Shown here in pieces: positions 1 through 13,789 of a stretch of 48,926 bases of DNA. Location of the stretch: positions 1 through 48,926 of the forward strand of contig NMRA01000260.1 in assembly GCA_002633005.1 (NCBI GenBank), read 5' to 3'. How positions within the stretch are numbered: the stretch's first letter is position 1; each line of letters begins with the position of its first letter. Origin of the DNA: Phoronis australis (taxonomy: Eukaryota > Animalia > Phoronida). The notes beneath the pieces are model-generated. The model saw only the letters and a list, made by a program, of their open reading frames with translations. It was not told the origin of the DNA and ran no database searches. The translations under genes and the position numbers were made by a program.

Positions 1-720
1 TCCATGAGCGCGCGTGATCTTGGATTGTAAAACCCAACGTCATTGGCTAAGAGTTTAAACTAAATTACGAGCGTAATTTTACGCCGTAAAGAATTAAATT
101 ACGCTCGTAATTTTACGGCGTAATTAACGGCGTAAATAACGGCGTAATGTACACAATTACCCTCGTATTTTTCCGGCGACACTTTCCCCCCAACGGCCCA
201 TCATATTCCAGGGCTTGGGTTCCATGGTTCACCGTGTCACAGCTTACGGGCCATCGACTGCTGATTGCGGTTCCGGACTCGCAAAACAAGGCTGAAATAC
301 AGAATACAAATACCCTGACTCACAAACAAGGCGTGTTGACCATCTAAAACCGTGTTTGTAATTTGTAGTTTACGTACGGACGCAGATTGGCGAGTTGATG
401 AACTTTTCGTATTCCTTAAGCCGTGTATTCTGTGTCTATGGCGGCCAATGATCCATACATGACTTCGGTGTATCGGTAAACTGAGTGTATCGTGACTTTG
501 AGCCGTGCTTGTTAGTGTTGAACTGCATGTATGTTTATGAAATACGGCAGCCGTGGTGTTCGAGTAGGTCTGATTCCACAGACGCAAAAAATTCTTGAAA
601 TTCAGGTGTTTGAACATTACATCTTCTTTGAGGAGTTGCATAATATTATAATATCCAGTGCGTGCCACACTGCGTACAAGGTTGATTAACACAGTTTGTA
701 TTTTTCTTTTATCCGCGAAG

Positions 721-941
721 ATTGTGTGCAAAGCGATTGGTGTTCTCCTACATTACTTCTTCATGGCGTCCTTCATGTGGATGTTTATAGAAGGACTGAA
801 CCTCTTTCTGATGACCTTCAGTGTCAACAGAGCAAAGACGGACATGCGACTCAAGTACATTCTGATTGGCTGGTGCTTGCCATTGATAATCGTCGGTATC
901 TCGTTTGGCGCGGGATTTGATGGTTACGGAAAGGTAGCCGG
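721..941 (+). CDS. GPCR exon, TM3-TM4 (IVCKAIGVLLHYFFMASFMWMFIEG...IGWCLP...GYGKVA)
   Basis: Pyrimidine tract then AG at 719-720; donor GG|gtaggt at 941/942 (phase 2) fits the next exon. Confidence 0.9.
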
Positions 942-3900
942 GTAGGTTGTACACTCTTTCACAGTGCTCCGAAAGGTAGCATTGGGGAATGTTGTTTATC
1001 ATTTCTTCCGTTTGGTTAAAATAATGAAACAGACGACATAGCCTTCAGTCATTTGCATTGGTTGAAATCTGGGAAACCCCTTTTATATTATTCTTATGTA
1101 ATACGGCGACCACCTTTGATTTCAATAGTTGCAATTTATTAAAACGGGCAGCGACCGAAATATATAAAATCCAGGAAATCCCGATCCCGTGGCTAAGCCC
1201 AAACAGGAAAGCGGTTGCAAGTAGAGGCAATGTGATCGATAAACTTCCGACCAAGGATGCGCACTGATGCCTACACTCGAAATTCCTTGTGTCGTCCATT
1301 ATGTTTCCACAAGGCCACCTTCCAGTAGCCTATAAGTGGCGCTGTGTCATAGGGTTGGCAGGTTGTCCCAAAAAGTATCAGGTACATGTATTCTCTTTTG
1401 TTGTAGGAACTACTGCAGCATTATTCCGTAAAAGCTGAGATAAAAGATCCTAAAATCAGTTTTATCAGTTTTAGCCTCATTGCTTGTGCAATCGCTGCTT
1501 AATTCAATAGCTTATGTTTAAGAACACAACAAAATTGGTTAGGCGCTTCTGTAGGCTACATCTGTTTTTCCAGCCAGCAGCTATGAATACTTATTACAGG
1601 TTGGTCACTACCATACAGTACGGACTTTTGTGACCATCTTCTTCTGTTTGAGGATCAGGGATGGTTCTCAGTGATAACTGCTGCCGGTGGCGACATCCTT
1701 TGCCCCTAATGGAAACTATGGATTATAAAACCAGACCATCAATGAAAATTGAACCTGTTCATTGTTTTTGCTGCAAAGCTCAGTTAACTACAACAAAGCC
1801 TGGTCAAAGCATGCAGCAAAATTACGTTAGGGGTGTAGCATGTTGCGCTACCTATTTGTCGTGTTATAAATCACTGGCGGAGTGATCTTAGGATATAGTG
1901 TAAGTAGATCATGGACTCACTACGATCGTGTTGCGCTTTGTTTTAAATCGTGTCATAAAGGGGAGTGCATGATAATCTTAAACAATAGCGGCTCCTAGCG
2001 GTATTTTCACGTTTCAGCGGAAATATCCGTGGTACAACGTTGAAATCGCTTGTTGAATTTTGCAGTTTGTATGCAATTGTCACACATGCTCCAAACTTTT
2101 CAGATTTGACAAATCTCTCGAACTATTGTGTCGACTGAAAGGATACAGCGATCCGCCATCGTTCATACTGGTTTTTAAAGTATGATTAAAAGAAGTTGAT
2201 TGTGCCCAGTGCTTTGATAATAACTTCATAGAAACTGTTGCCTCTTACTTCAGCAGAAACTACCGAAGTCTTAATAATGGTTTACCTTTTTTGCGGATAG
2301 ATTGAAACCAAGTTAGGAACCAATATGGTTCTTTGACCCAAATCACCACCGCCAGTAGACGTATATATTCGATTTGTAGACATCGATGCATTTCAGTAGG
2401 GTTAGTCGAGCATTTCAAGTAGACACACGTTCGTGTTAATACACCATTTGTGAATCTGGATTATAAAAGTCAAATCCCAAATATCTATCTTATAAATACG
2501 ATGCACACGCATCGGTTTCAGCTACACCCCAAAATTATGCACATCAAAATATCCATCATTCAGTTTTCATGTACAGCAGAAAAAAGGAAAGCTGTTTAAT
2601 CAGAGTGGGATGATAGTTCGATGTCTATTAGGGTTACACCTTGATGTTGTCATTAAACGTCTTTACATCAGATCAGTATAGTGTAATATGGTTACACCTT
2701 GATGTTGTCATTGAACGTCTTTACATCGGATCAGTATAGTGTAATATGGTTACACCTTGATGTTGTCGTTGAACGTCTTTACATCGGATCAGTATAGTGT
2801 AATATGGTTAAACCTTGATGTTGTCATTGAACGTCTTTACATTAGATCAGTATAGTGTAATCTGGTTACACCTTGATGTTGTCATTGAACGTCTTTACAT
2901 CAGATCAGTATAGTGTAATATGGTTACACATTGATGTTGTCATTGAACGTCTTTACATCAGATCAGTATAGTGTAATATGGTTACACCTTGATGTTGTCG
3001 TTGAACGTCTTTACATCATATCAGTATAGTGTAATATGGTTACACATTGATGTTGTCATTGAACGTCTTTACATTAGATCCGTATAGTGTAATATGGTTA
3101 CACCTTGTTATTGTCATTGAAAGGCCTCAGATCAGTGTAGTCTTCTGACACATAAGTCTTCTTAATGTAAGGACAAACACTTTTATGAATATTCCATCTA
3201 CTTTAGAACATACTTAAAGAAACATTTTTCCTTTCAGGATCTGTTGGATTTCCCACGAAGACGGAGCAATCTACGGTTTCATTGCACCATCGGCAGTGGT
3301 GTTACTGGTAAATACATTACAAGTTATTTCCTTTTTGAAACAATTTCTAAAATAGGATTGTGTTTCCAAAATAGGATTGAATTTATAAAACACGCTTGAA
3401 TTTATACAAGTGGATTGAATTTTGGAGATAGGACTGCTTTTTACTTCATCTAGGATTACATTATTTAACTTCCAAAATAACATGTTATATTTTTGAACAA
3501 TTTTTGTAATTTCCGCTTCCCATAGAAAACAATATTACTGAAAACCTGTTGGTTCCGTAACCACACACTTGACAGGTTTACTACTTGGTAAGCCGGGATG
3601 CAGCCACATAGATCAACAATTGTTTCGGTGAAAGTTTAAAAATGAAATCTTTTTTCTGATATCGTGGGTGAGCCTGTGGGCATTGAAATGAGTTTTTAAA
3701 ACGTTTGTGTGCACTTTAAGTAATTTGCAATTGACTTGCTTCAACAAAAAGTAAGTAATTGCCTTAAACGTAAGAGTCTAGCTAAAACAAAAATATACAT
3801 TTATTTAAATGCCTCCTTTAATATCTTAGGTTTGATTTAGCCTTTTATAGACATAGAAATACGTTCAAGAACACGCTTTTAGTGCGCTTTCAACTACCAA

Positions 3901-6900
3901 TTTTCTCCGTCGTATCTTGTCACGTTTTTCCCCGTGTGTGGGTTGGCGCAGGTAGTTACAGACCGGTGCTAATAGCTTTCGGTGCGACGACAGACTGAAG
4001 ACTGGTTCCAGTTAATCGCTTTATTAATCTCGACCATACGTTCGCAAGCATTCCCGTTGCTCCCAACTTGTTCCATTTTATAGCCCAAACACAAGTTGGA
4101 AATTTTACCCCTGTAGCCAGTATCGTACACGACTAATTAACTCCATTCTGGCATTCATTTTTGGAGGGCCAGCTCTCTTTTGTTCGATAATTGCTCTAAT
4201 CTTCAATAAGATCCTAGCTAGCCTGACTGGGCTGTGCTGTTAAAAATACAACTTAAGTTATAACATATTAGAATATAAGCCAATAGCATTTCTGAAATCC
4301 TTGTCAAAGGATGATCATGTTTTGTTTCTGAATCGCCAAAATCACCCAACTGCAACCGAAGTTACGATGAACTATTCTTTCCGAATTTACCAATTCACTC
4401 TGGGTTTGAGGGTGTTCACACGTGGTCTGTAATGAGCCTGGTAGATAATTGGCCTGCCTGTTGTCATAACAGACAAAAGACTGGCCTCGGCAGTTAACAA
4501 AGAAGGTAGATGTTATCACACCCTTCGTCTGGTAAAGTCACTGAACGGGAAACCGCTGTCATGAAAGGCGAGATTCATTCCTGAGACTTTTGAATGGAAT
4601 CTGAAAAGTACAAAAAATAAGTAATGGCGATACTTTATATGTGCAAGTATAATAGGCAGAAGCTACGATCCAGGTCAACTTTCATATGCCAAATACGGAT
4701 TAATATTTACCACCAGACATTAGTTATGGAAACCATAAATAACACGATACTCCGTAAGTAGACTGATACACAGGTCTCTGGTAAGATCGGCCCAGTGAGT
4801 TTGAAGAAATCAATCAACAGGGTTACATTTCTATTTTGCAAGCAAACATAAAAACCATGGATAAATCTCCTCCCAGCCAACCACGCAGCGCAGTTCTCTT
4901 AGTATTTCTTTCTGCGCCTTTCGAACATTCTCTATGATTTCTGTTTTGTATCTTATCTACACCACGTCCACGTCGTAACAGCACGTTAATTCTCGAAAAA
5001 GCCGCGTTGACCTACATGTAGTTCATGCAGCTAAATGACACACAAACTCCATCCACATTTAATCACGTGATTCTGAGCATTCGGGCAGACTCGATAAGGT
5101 CGCTAAAGCTGCACGATTATTCCTAACTTTATGCATTTTGCAATCCCAAATTAATCTTATTTTGAAAATATTAATGCCCTACTCGAGTAGCTGCTATAAC
5201 TACATGTACTAAAAAACCATCAAAGTTCTGATATCATTCCATTTGTGCACTTCTCGATCACCGCCGTGCGTTACTGCCTATTTCATAAGTTGAAATTTTG
5301 GGATTTATTTCAATTTTTGAACATCGATTTCTCGGCGATGCGCGAACGTATTGCAATGAAATTTTGAATTACTAGCTATTTAATAACTTTCAATGGGAAC
5401 CCAGATTCAAAATTTAGATTTAGGCCCTAGTTTTTCAGAACGAAGCCTTCAAAAATCTAGAGTACGGCCAATCTTGTTAAAAATGCTCTAAAAGTGGACA
5501 AAATAAGATCTATTTCAAAAATCTGCGACACGGTTCCTTCGAAAATGAAGTTATCAAGATGTTGACAAAAGACGAATATGATTGGGTGAACAATATTGTT
5601 AAAATCTCTGTTCAAAGACAATTTTTAATAAAGATGCATGTCTCGTAAAAATAAAGACATGTAGAGAAGAATGACGAATTAAATTCTTTCAGGAAATTTA
5701 TCCACATGTACGAAAATTTATCCTTTTTTTGCAGTTACAGATAATTGCACATAAGTAAAACCTGGTAAACAAGGTTCACAGTTACCTAAAAACGAATGTT
5801 AACGATTCTCGTTCTAGGCGAACATTGGCATTCTGCTCCTCGTTCTGAGAAGATTTCTACAGCTGAAGTCCAACACAAAAAAGACTGATATTGAAAGGAT
5901 AGGGTTGGTAAACATCAACAGTAACCCTTCCTTGAAAATGAAAATGCTATACGTTTCGAGATAAGATTTTTTATGGAAATCTATTCTCGTGCAATTAAAG
6001 TATCATTTCGCCACCGTTTAGATGTTAATGCTGAATTCGTAAATGAAGTATTTTGGGGTAGAACAACATTACCACGCTAATACGATTATGAATTCACTCA
6101 GAATGAGCCAAAAACAAAAGTCCTTCACGTGTTTGCGTTAAAAGGGAAGTTAAAACTGTCGGGACATCAGGGTATCACGTAGAACAACTAGAGAACTATC
6201 TTTGGGGAGCTATAAAGGCCGATGTCTTTGCTCTGTTGGTTACTTAAAGGTGAATGTCACCCAAAAAACATCCTATTTTGTATCAATTTAGATCGAGTAG
6301 TTCTACTCGACACCGGCAGATTCGGTTGCGTTACCTGACACCTGGCGGCAGACAGAGGTGTTGAAATTATCCAATGACGTAATTGGTTTCACACGCAGTC
6401 TGTTCACAACACGGGCTACTGGTGTCGGCTTATCGATTGAATTCACCGCTTAACACCAATAAATGATAAAACTTCGATGTAATACCCTTAAAAATACACC
6501 GGGTTCTTAGAAAAACGTGTTGTTTTATTTCGCTGTTACGGATTTACTGGTATTTGGACACACCGTAGCCTACAAACTTCAGCAGCTAGACCAATTTACC
6601 AAGGTCCGTAGCACTGAGGAGTTTGGGGTCTGTTCGGAGATAAATTCGAAGTATTCTTCCGTGAAGTACAGACAGGAGAAACTAGATCTGTGTTGTACTA
6701 CTTGTGATTTTATGAGTTCTAATTACACAAAATGCTTGTTTCCCGGCCAGTGGCTCGGAACCCGATCAGGCCCGTCGCGGCCGGACTGACACGTTATCCT
6801 AGCCAGTGGCTTGGTACTCGATCAGGCCCGGCGTGGCGGCCGCCGGGACTGGCACGAACATAAACCAGCTTGAGTTGGAAACCTAATCTCCAGGCACGAA

Positions 6901-9900
6901 AAGGCTATAATAGTGAGGCAAAGAAATAATGTGCAGTGCACGTAATTATTTATGTGAATTAACCACAAAACTGAAAATCTACTTACTTGTACTTGTCGCG
7001 GGCCGCGATGTCGGGTTCCCCTTCCACAAACCGTCAGGGTAAAGGTTGTACAGTAACAATGATTTGAATAATGTAATAGAGATTCCCTGACATGTGACCA
7101 TAGCATAAAAATCGAGTAATTGTTTCACAACAGCTTTCTGTCGGCAAACACTGAATTAGCATGCGCTCACACGGCCTCGGTGCCCAGTCAATTACCATTG
7201 CTGCCGGCATCAAAAGCCGGTAACGCAGTGGTTTATTCACTGCTGGTTTCTCAAAACATTTGCACTCACAAGCACTCCAAGGTATTACAAATTGTATCTA
7301 ATGAGGCAGATTTTGCTTCAGTTTCATAAAAGCATTGGTTAGGATGAGAATAATTTATTTTGAAACAGAACGTCTACATGCCCACTCGCCCCGAGCCAAT
7401 CTCGACTTAGTCAAGAGCTCAGGCGACGAAGATTTCACGTGTCGGATCGTTAGGTTTCACAGGCTAACCGTTTCGAACCGGAGTATACTGACCAAGAAAG
7501 ACTAGAGAGGCGCCGTGAACATACACAGGCAACGTAACGTATTGATAATTCTTCGGTAAGCCGGAATTCGTCAGAGAAATCACTGTCGACGAAATGCCGG
7601 TCACAGACATGGAGATGCTTCGCAGCCTCATAGTTGCCAAAATTAAAAAGCCTACCTTCCGTTCAACATTACCGCGAGCCACTTCCTAAGCATTTTGGGC
7701 TCTCGAGGAAATCGGCAAAACGATATACCCGCTTTCTTCGCAGCTTCATAGTTCGGACAAGGTGAAACGATGCACCGCTATATAGAGGCATTCACTCTGC
7801 AGACGAACCACTGACGTCGCTGCGTCGTTTCTCACCTTCTTCACAGCTTAACGCGACAGCTCTCGGCAAGGTGAGGCCGACCGTATAAGAGGCGATGTGG
7901 ATATAGACCGATTAAGACGGTAAAAAAGACTAATTAAATCGGGTGGCATTCTTCTTTAAATAGAATCCGACCACTAAGAGGAATATCATGGGACCAATGT
8001 TGATGGGAGTGAAGGCATATTCTGATTTTCGTTTTTTAGCCATGGGAACAGGGTGAAACACATCTTTAAAGCATATACACAAGGAGTGTAGTACAATAGG
8101 AGAGTACACTCCTTGATACAAGCTAGTGGAATGTCTCATCATTTGCAGCAATGATGAAGATACTAAACACTATAGCCGCGCGTGATTAAATTCGCTGGTT
8201 CAGCCGAGTCAACCGGTCATGATATCTGGTGACTACTTCCAAGTAACCTGGCTTGTCCGGCGGAGTCATCCAAGGGCATAATGCTTTTAAGCTAGTCTAG
8301 TGTATGAAATTCCAATGCGAGGCTTGAAGTTGTGGATCAAAAGTCATGGACACAAACACGTTATCGTGCTCGCACAGGTTGTTTCAGACTTCTCCTCTGG
8401 TGAAGACGGTTATGTACTGTCGAAAATCCACCAATAAGTGTGTATTCTCTTTGTTACGCTGATTGTTCTGAAACCCCCACGACCATCGACCATCGATCCA
8501 CGACCCCCTCGACCCACAACCCCCTCAACCCACGATCTGTGGCAATAGAGGTATCTTTAGGCGTTTTACATACTTCTTAATCTTATTACGTCGCCGGGTG
8601 ACTTTCCCGTAATACATAACTACACGCAGGCCTGCTCTAGAGAGAATTAAAAACCGAAAGAGGCGTGAGAACGCCGGTGGTCTTGAATAGCGTAGTGTGA
8701 GCAAGCTATCGTTGTCAAGGAAATACTTTCACGAGCGGCTATCAATGGCATAGTTCTAATAAACTTAGGGAGAGAGTACGCTAAATTGAAAGTACATAAT
8801 TTCTTATTTTTGTTATTTACCTTACAATTTATATTCGTTTAAAATATACTCCATATAACATTGAAATACTTTTTAGGTAACAGTTTGTTTTTTCAAACTG
8901 TATTAAATGGTGAAATTAGAGTTTTGTCGGTTCCTCGCACTCTCCGCAAAAACGTTGAATGTGCAATTTACTGAAGATCAGACAAGACGATTGCACTCTG
9001 CCGGGAACTACTTTTCAAACGTTGGTCGGTCTTTGATTGCGTTTGGTCGCGTTGTTTTTTCTGCTTTTGACTTTCAAACTTTACGAATCGACTGCCTTAA
9101 TTGCTAAGAAAAAAAAGCAGGGAAAAGCCAACCGAGCTCACGACACAACTCATTAGTACTGCAAGCCAGCGATTTTCGGTGTTCAGATCGAGTAGATCTT
9201 GAGTAGACTGGGTCGAAGCGATTGTGGGTCGAGGTGGTCGTGGGGATCGAGTGGTGTGGAGGTCGGGGGGGGGGAGGGGTCAGAATAATCCTTATTACAG
9301 CAGCAACCCATGGTATGCTGTTGCACCGTGTGCAAACCCACGAGCGGGATTTGTTCGATGTTACCTGTATTCGAGGACTCTGGGGAAGCTAAGGTCATTA
9401 GAAGTTAGTGTTGTCTTCAAGGGTGCATTGTACTTGTATATTAATGAAAAATTGCTGCCAGTATACAAAAACGTTTTTCTTTTCAGGAAAGCGCTCAAAG
9501 CATCATTTTCTCTCACTCCACTTCTCGGGGTAACGTGGATATTTGGTTTCCTAGGTAACATGCATGTTGCCTTTATGTACGTGTTTGTGATTTTGCTGGC
9601 TTTCCAAGGCGTTTGTTTGTTCTTCGTTCATTGTGCACTCAACGGAGAGGTATAGTCTTATCACTTACAAATATAACTATTTCTAGACATAGTTTAAGTT
9701 CTAGCAGTACCACTACTTAGTACACGTACCTACTACTATTGCTACCAGTACTATTACTACTACTTACTGCACGTACCCGTACTACTACTGCTACTAGTAC
9801 TATAACTACTACTTGCTACACGTACCAACTACTACCGCTACCACTAGAACTATTACTACTACTTACTACACGTACCTACTACTACTACTGCTAGTAGTTC

Positions 9901-10557
9901 TATTACCACTTCTTCTACAGGTACTTACTATTGCTGCTACTAGTACCATTAGTACTATTTACTACACGTACATGTATTTACTACTACTTACTACAGGTAC
10001 CTACTACTACTGGTAGTACTATTACTACTACTTACTACTGGTACCTACTACTACCGCTACTAGTAATATTACTACTACTTACTACTGGTACCTACTACTA
10101 CTGGTAGTACTATTACTACTACTTACTACAGGTACCTACTACTACTGGTAGTACTATTACTACTACTTACTACTGGTACCTACTACTACTGCTACTATTA
10201 CTATTACTACTACTTACTACACGTACCCACTACTACTTCCACTAGTACTACTACCTCTGCTTAGTACAGGTACCTACTACTACTGGTACTAGTAATATTA
10301 CAACAACTTACTACAGGTAGCTACTACTACTGCTACTATTATTATTACTACTACTTACTACAGATAAATACTACTACTGCTACTAGTAATATTAATACAG
10401 GTACCCACTACTACTGCAACCAGTACTATTACTACTACTTACTACACGTACCTACTACTACTTCTACTAGTACTATTACTACTACTTATTACACGTACTT
10501 ACTACTACTGCTACCAGTTCTGTAACTACTAGGTGCTACATGTACCTACCACTACTA

Positions 10558-10597
<40 letters not shown>

Positions 10598-11185
10598 CAC
10601 TAGTACTATTACTACTGCTTGCTACAGGTACGTGCTGCTACTGCTACTATTACTATTACAACTACGTGCTACACGTACTGCTGCTACTAGTACTATTACT
10701 ACTACTTACTACACGTACTTACTCTTACTGCTGCCAATATGCAGTCTTATCTTCTGTTTGTTGAGCCAACAAATATTCATGCAACACCTTCTGTTGTGGT
10801 TTTAATACGGCCAGGTAACATTCCTAATGAAAGCTTTGGCCTAATGATGCTCATTATCAGTTTGAGCTGACAGTCTCGCTTCCAAGAATTTGACATTTTT
10901 GAGTTAAGTGTTGCAATTTCAATCTTATCTAAATAGTCAAAGTCAGGGATGCGCTAGTCTATGAAGTCGCATTAATACCCTGAACTGTGCGAACTTTTGA
11001 GAGGGTCTGTTCTGATCTTCACTCTTATTTCCTTTGTATTCCAGATCCAAATCAAGTTCAAGAGAATGTTCAGTTCTAAAATCGGTTCTTCACACGCAGT
11101 TCGCACTGGATCGTCAAGTCCAACTGCACCTTGGCCCAAGTTGATGAAGAAACTTGAGCCTCGTGAAGGAACAGTCAAGTTCTAG
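721..11185 (+). CDS. Adhesion-type (family B2/secretin-like) GPCR, 5'-partial; exons 721-941, 3238-3307, 5818-5903, 9487-9649, 11045-11185
   Basis: Five AG/GT-bounded, phase-compatible exons join into one frame with family-B 7TM motifs: LLHYFFMASFMWMFIEG (TM3), IGWCLP (TM4), ECL2 CW, FIAP (TM5), LTPLLGVTW (TM6), FQGxxxFxVHC (TM7), then a short tail ending at TAG 11183-11185. GAIN/GPS and TM1-2 are not in the window, so subfamily is inferred. Confidence 0.92.
2632..3140. repeat. 58-bp minisatellite, ~8.5 copies (ggttacaccttgatgttgtcattgaacgtctttacatcagatcagtatagtgtaatat)
   Basis: Direct 58-bp periodicity with no unique spacers. Confidence 0.95.
3238..3307 (+). CDS. GPCR exon, ECL2-TM5 (GICWISHEDGAIYGFIAPSAVVLL)
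   Basis: tttttcctttcag acceptor, CTG|gtaaat donor, conserved CW and FxxP; absent from the ORF track. Confidence 0.9.
5818..5903 (+). CDS. GPCR exon, TM5-ICL3 (ANIGILLLVLRRFLQLKSNTKKTDIERI)
   Basis: ttctcgttctag acceptor (phase 0), GG|gttggt donor (phase 2), conserved TM5 Asn. Confidence 0.88.
6248..7955. mobile_element. Non-autonomous TTAA-targeting DNA transposon, Kolobok-like (1708 bp), in a GPCR intron
   Basis: TTAA at 6244-6247 and 7956-7959; imperfect TIRs AGGTGAATGTCACCC / GGGTGGCATTCTTCT; the paralogous site near 15736 has a single TTAA joining both flanks. Confidence 0.8.
8461..9290. mobile_element. Possible foldback/MITE-like element with inverted subterminal CGACC(C)AC arrays
   Basis: GATTGTTCTGA plus a C-rich CGACC array at 8461-8540 mirrored by a GGTCG array plus TCAGAATAATC at 9210-9290. 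Confidence 0.45.
9487..9649 (+). CDS. GPCR exon, TM6-TM7 (KALKASFSLTPLLGVTWIFG...FQGVCLFFVHCALNGE)
   Basis: tttttcttttcag acceptor, GAG|gtatag donor, PLLGxTW and FQG motifs. Confidence 0.92.
9700..10730. repeat. Compound (ACT)n-rich low-complexity tandem repeat with a ~42-45 bp higher-order unit
   Basis: Repeating ctactactactgctactagtactattactactacttactacacgtac-like units; pure ACT run near 10550-10600. Confidence 0.95.
11045..11185 (+). CDS. GPCR terminal exon, helix 8 and Ser/Thr-rich C-tail (IQIKFKRMFSSK...EGTVKF*)
   Basis: tttcctttgtattccag acceptor in phase 0, in-frame TAG; candidate AATAAA at 11496-11501. Confidence 0.82.
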   Translation: MQIKFKRMFSSKIGSSHAVRTGSSSPTAPWPKLMKKLEPREGTVKF

Positions 11186-13789
11186 ACTCGCCGAGCTAAT
11201 GAACTACAAATAACCACACACGGCTATCTTTGATAACGTTATTCCGGATTTCCCTGATTTCGAACAATTACGCTGTGAACGAGTTTAGATTGTATTGTGC
11301 TTCTTCGATTTGGTCTTATAACTTGACGATCTGCAATGTATGTTTTGGTCGATTTTAGCTAAAATTGAGCTTTAGCAATCCTAAGATATTTGTTATTAGT
11401 TCTCAGTTGACTTGGATGATTAAGTGTCGAATTATTTCGAAAACAAGGCCTTAGTTGCTTTTAGTGGAATTTGACGTACTTGAATGTCAGGTCAAAATAA
11501 AACAATATGATGCAATAATGAAACTGTAAAATGAATGCGCACTGTGGTACGGAACGTGGCCTTCCTGAAGACTACCAAATTTAATTTGATTACAATATCA
11601 ATTTCCATAAACATGGTGGAAAAACTTAACAGGGCAACTGGTGAATTCATTTTGTGTTTAAATTCAATTTTATTGTGAATCTCTGATGTACCTAATGTAC
11701 TTACCAATGCAGGTTCATTTCGTTTGCATATTTAAGGTGTAGAATGTACCAATCATATCTATGGAAATACATATTGACCTACACCTGCCATTGCAATGTA
11801 TACAAAAACTTTATCATTGAAAGCGTGCGAAATTGAAACTAAAATATCCGGTTTCCATTAACACTAGCCTACTGACGACTCCGTGTAGATCTATTATTGT
11901 TTGAGTTTATGCAATGTAAATGAACCTCACTGCTCTCCTTTTTGAGAAAGACGTAGTAGGTGTCGATGTCCTTCAATAGAAAACAAGTGCAAGCTAGATT
12001 TATACATTTTGAAAATGTTGACATTGCTCTAGCATGCATGGGCCTGACTCAGACAATGTGCACAGACCGTAGACACGATACATCTATCTCACAGTTACAC
12101 CAGCAACCGCTGGTAGCGCGGAAACGTACATGTATAACACTGACCAAATGTCGTTCCTGAAGCTTACTGAAATGCAGCTTTTGACAGCATGTGTGCTTTT
12201 TAAATATTTTACAGAAAAATAACTTTGTTCCAATTATTGTATATTTCCTATATTGATAAAAACTATGTTGCTCCCGAAAGCAATACATGTTGGTGTTAAA
12301 ATCAAATGTTGATCGGTTTGATATCCATAGCACTTTTCCTCAATGAATGATGATCTCCTGTGAAAGAAACCCAGTTCACACCGTCCTCGTAAGGATAGGG
12401 GTGTTCTTGAACATACAGTCCATTGGGTTCGAATCGTGGCAGGGTCTGTACCACCAATTGCCCTTTGCAACACTGGCACAGCTTCTACACTCTGGTAGAG
12501 TGGAAGGTAAACCAACAAAAATGCAGCAAAATCAGTAAACAACGGAGAAACGTTATCAGAAACACTCGAACAATTCGAACAGTAAACGTCCTGGCGAAAA
12601 ATGGAAAATACATACTAAAAGCCTGTTAAAATCTCTATTAGTTTTACAAAATTCCACGATTTTTTCGAAAATATTCCAATTTCGCATTTTTTGAAATTGA
12701 AAGTCAAATACTTCAAAAACTGGCAGAGCATGTTTAAGAGCATACCACAAAAATTGATCAGCAGAAATTCACGTCGTTTGCTCTTTCCTTTGAAATGATA
12801 GCAAAAAAGATTGAAAATTGATGAAAAAGGGGCCTGATCCACCATATCGAAAGCATTTTCCGTTAAACAGCACTTGATAATAGCCAGTCACAGGAAACAC
12901 TTCGAAGTGATTGGTTCGACAATGCACGGAAGTAATTGATTTAGGACGCATCTGCAGTATCCTTCTCCTATAAAAATCATATTAATTTTCACCCCTCTAA
13001 GTTATTGGGACCTCTGTGAGTATGTAAATCTGAATTCGAAAACAAAATGGCCGCCACGTCCGCCATTTTGAATCCAATCATGGCGAAAAACAATAGGCTT
13101 CTATTTAATCAGGAACAACAGGTTGTGTGTAAATTTCGTACGAATCGGACGACCTGTAGAGTGCGAATAAACAAAGCAAAAACAAAAACAAAAAAGAAAC
13201 AAACTTAGTGTCAGAACAACAGATTGGTGACTGATAACAAAAAATCTTCACCATCACTTATCAAGCGCATTGCAAACGCGTTTCAGACCACCAAATACTT
13301 ATGATGGACTTAACCGTTCGCACAAAATACTATTTTAGTGTGCCTTGTTATAGTCGTGTCGCAAAACACAAGCGCGCACCAAAAGCAGCACAGCGCAACA
13401 AATTGCCGTGAAGTTGTCAGACATTCCAGGTCAGAATCAATCTTCACAGAAACATGAAGCGACTACTACGAATAGGCTGGATGCATGCAATCAGGTTCGC
13501 AGTGTATTTCACACCTCCAAAATCCCGGACCCAGACATCCTGGTCAACTACCATAGTCAAATAAGGATTTACATCTACCACCACACATTAGTTATGGAAA
13601 CCAGAAACAACACGATACTCGGCTAGTAAAGAAATACTTTGGTCTCCGGTAAGACAGGCTAAGTGAATTACGGTTAAATAAAATCAGACCCTTGTCTCCA
13701 ATAAAATGAACAAAAGATCACAGTTTTGAGATTTTTTTGTTTTTTTCATATATGCAGCAATGAGATATATGCAAATGAAACACAGACAC

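Noticed and set aside
237-731. Longest ORF in the track (164 aa, minus strand)
   Set aside because: No recognisable motifs; antisense within a GPCR intron.
2632-3140. CRISPR-like appearance of the 58-bp array (also the 34-bp and 20-bp arrays)
   Set aside because: Head-to-tail repeats with no unique spacers, no cas genes and a eukaryotic intron context.
7250-7290. ICTHKHS resembling a THAP motif in the Kolobok-like element
   Set aside because: The rest of the THAP pattern is not recognisable.
9813-10805. Thr- or Leu-rich ORFs (mucin-like)
   Set aside because: Translations of the ACT repeat; the flanking GPCR exons join in frame without them.
13040-13240. aaaatggccgcc...gccattttg with an A-rich tail, reminiscent of Helitron/HINE-type repeats
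   Set aside because: Ends could not be defined and there is no second copy in the window.
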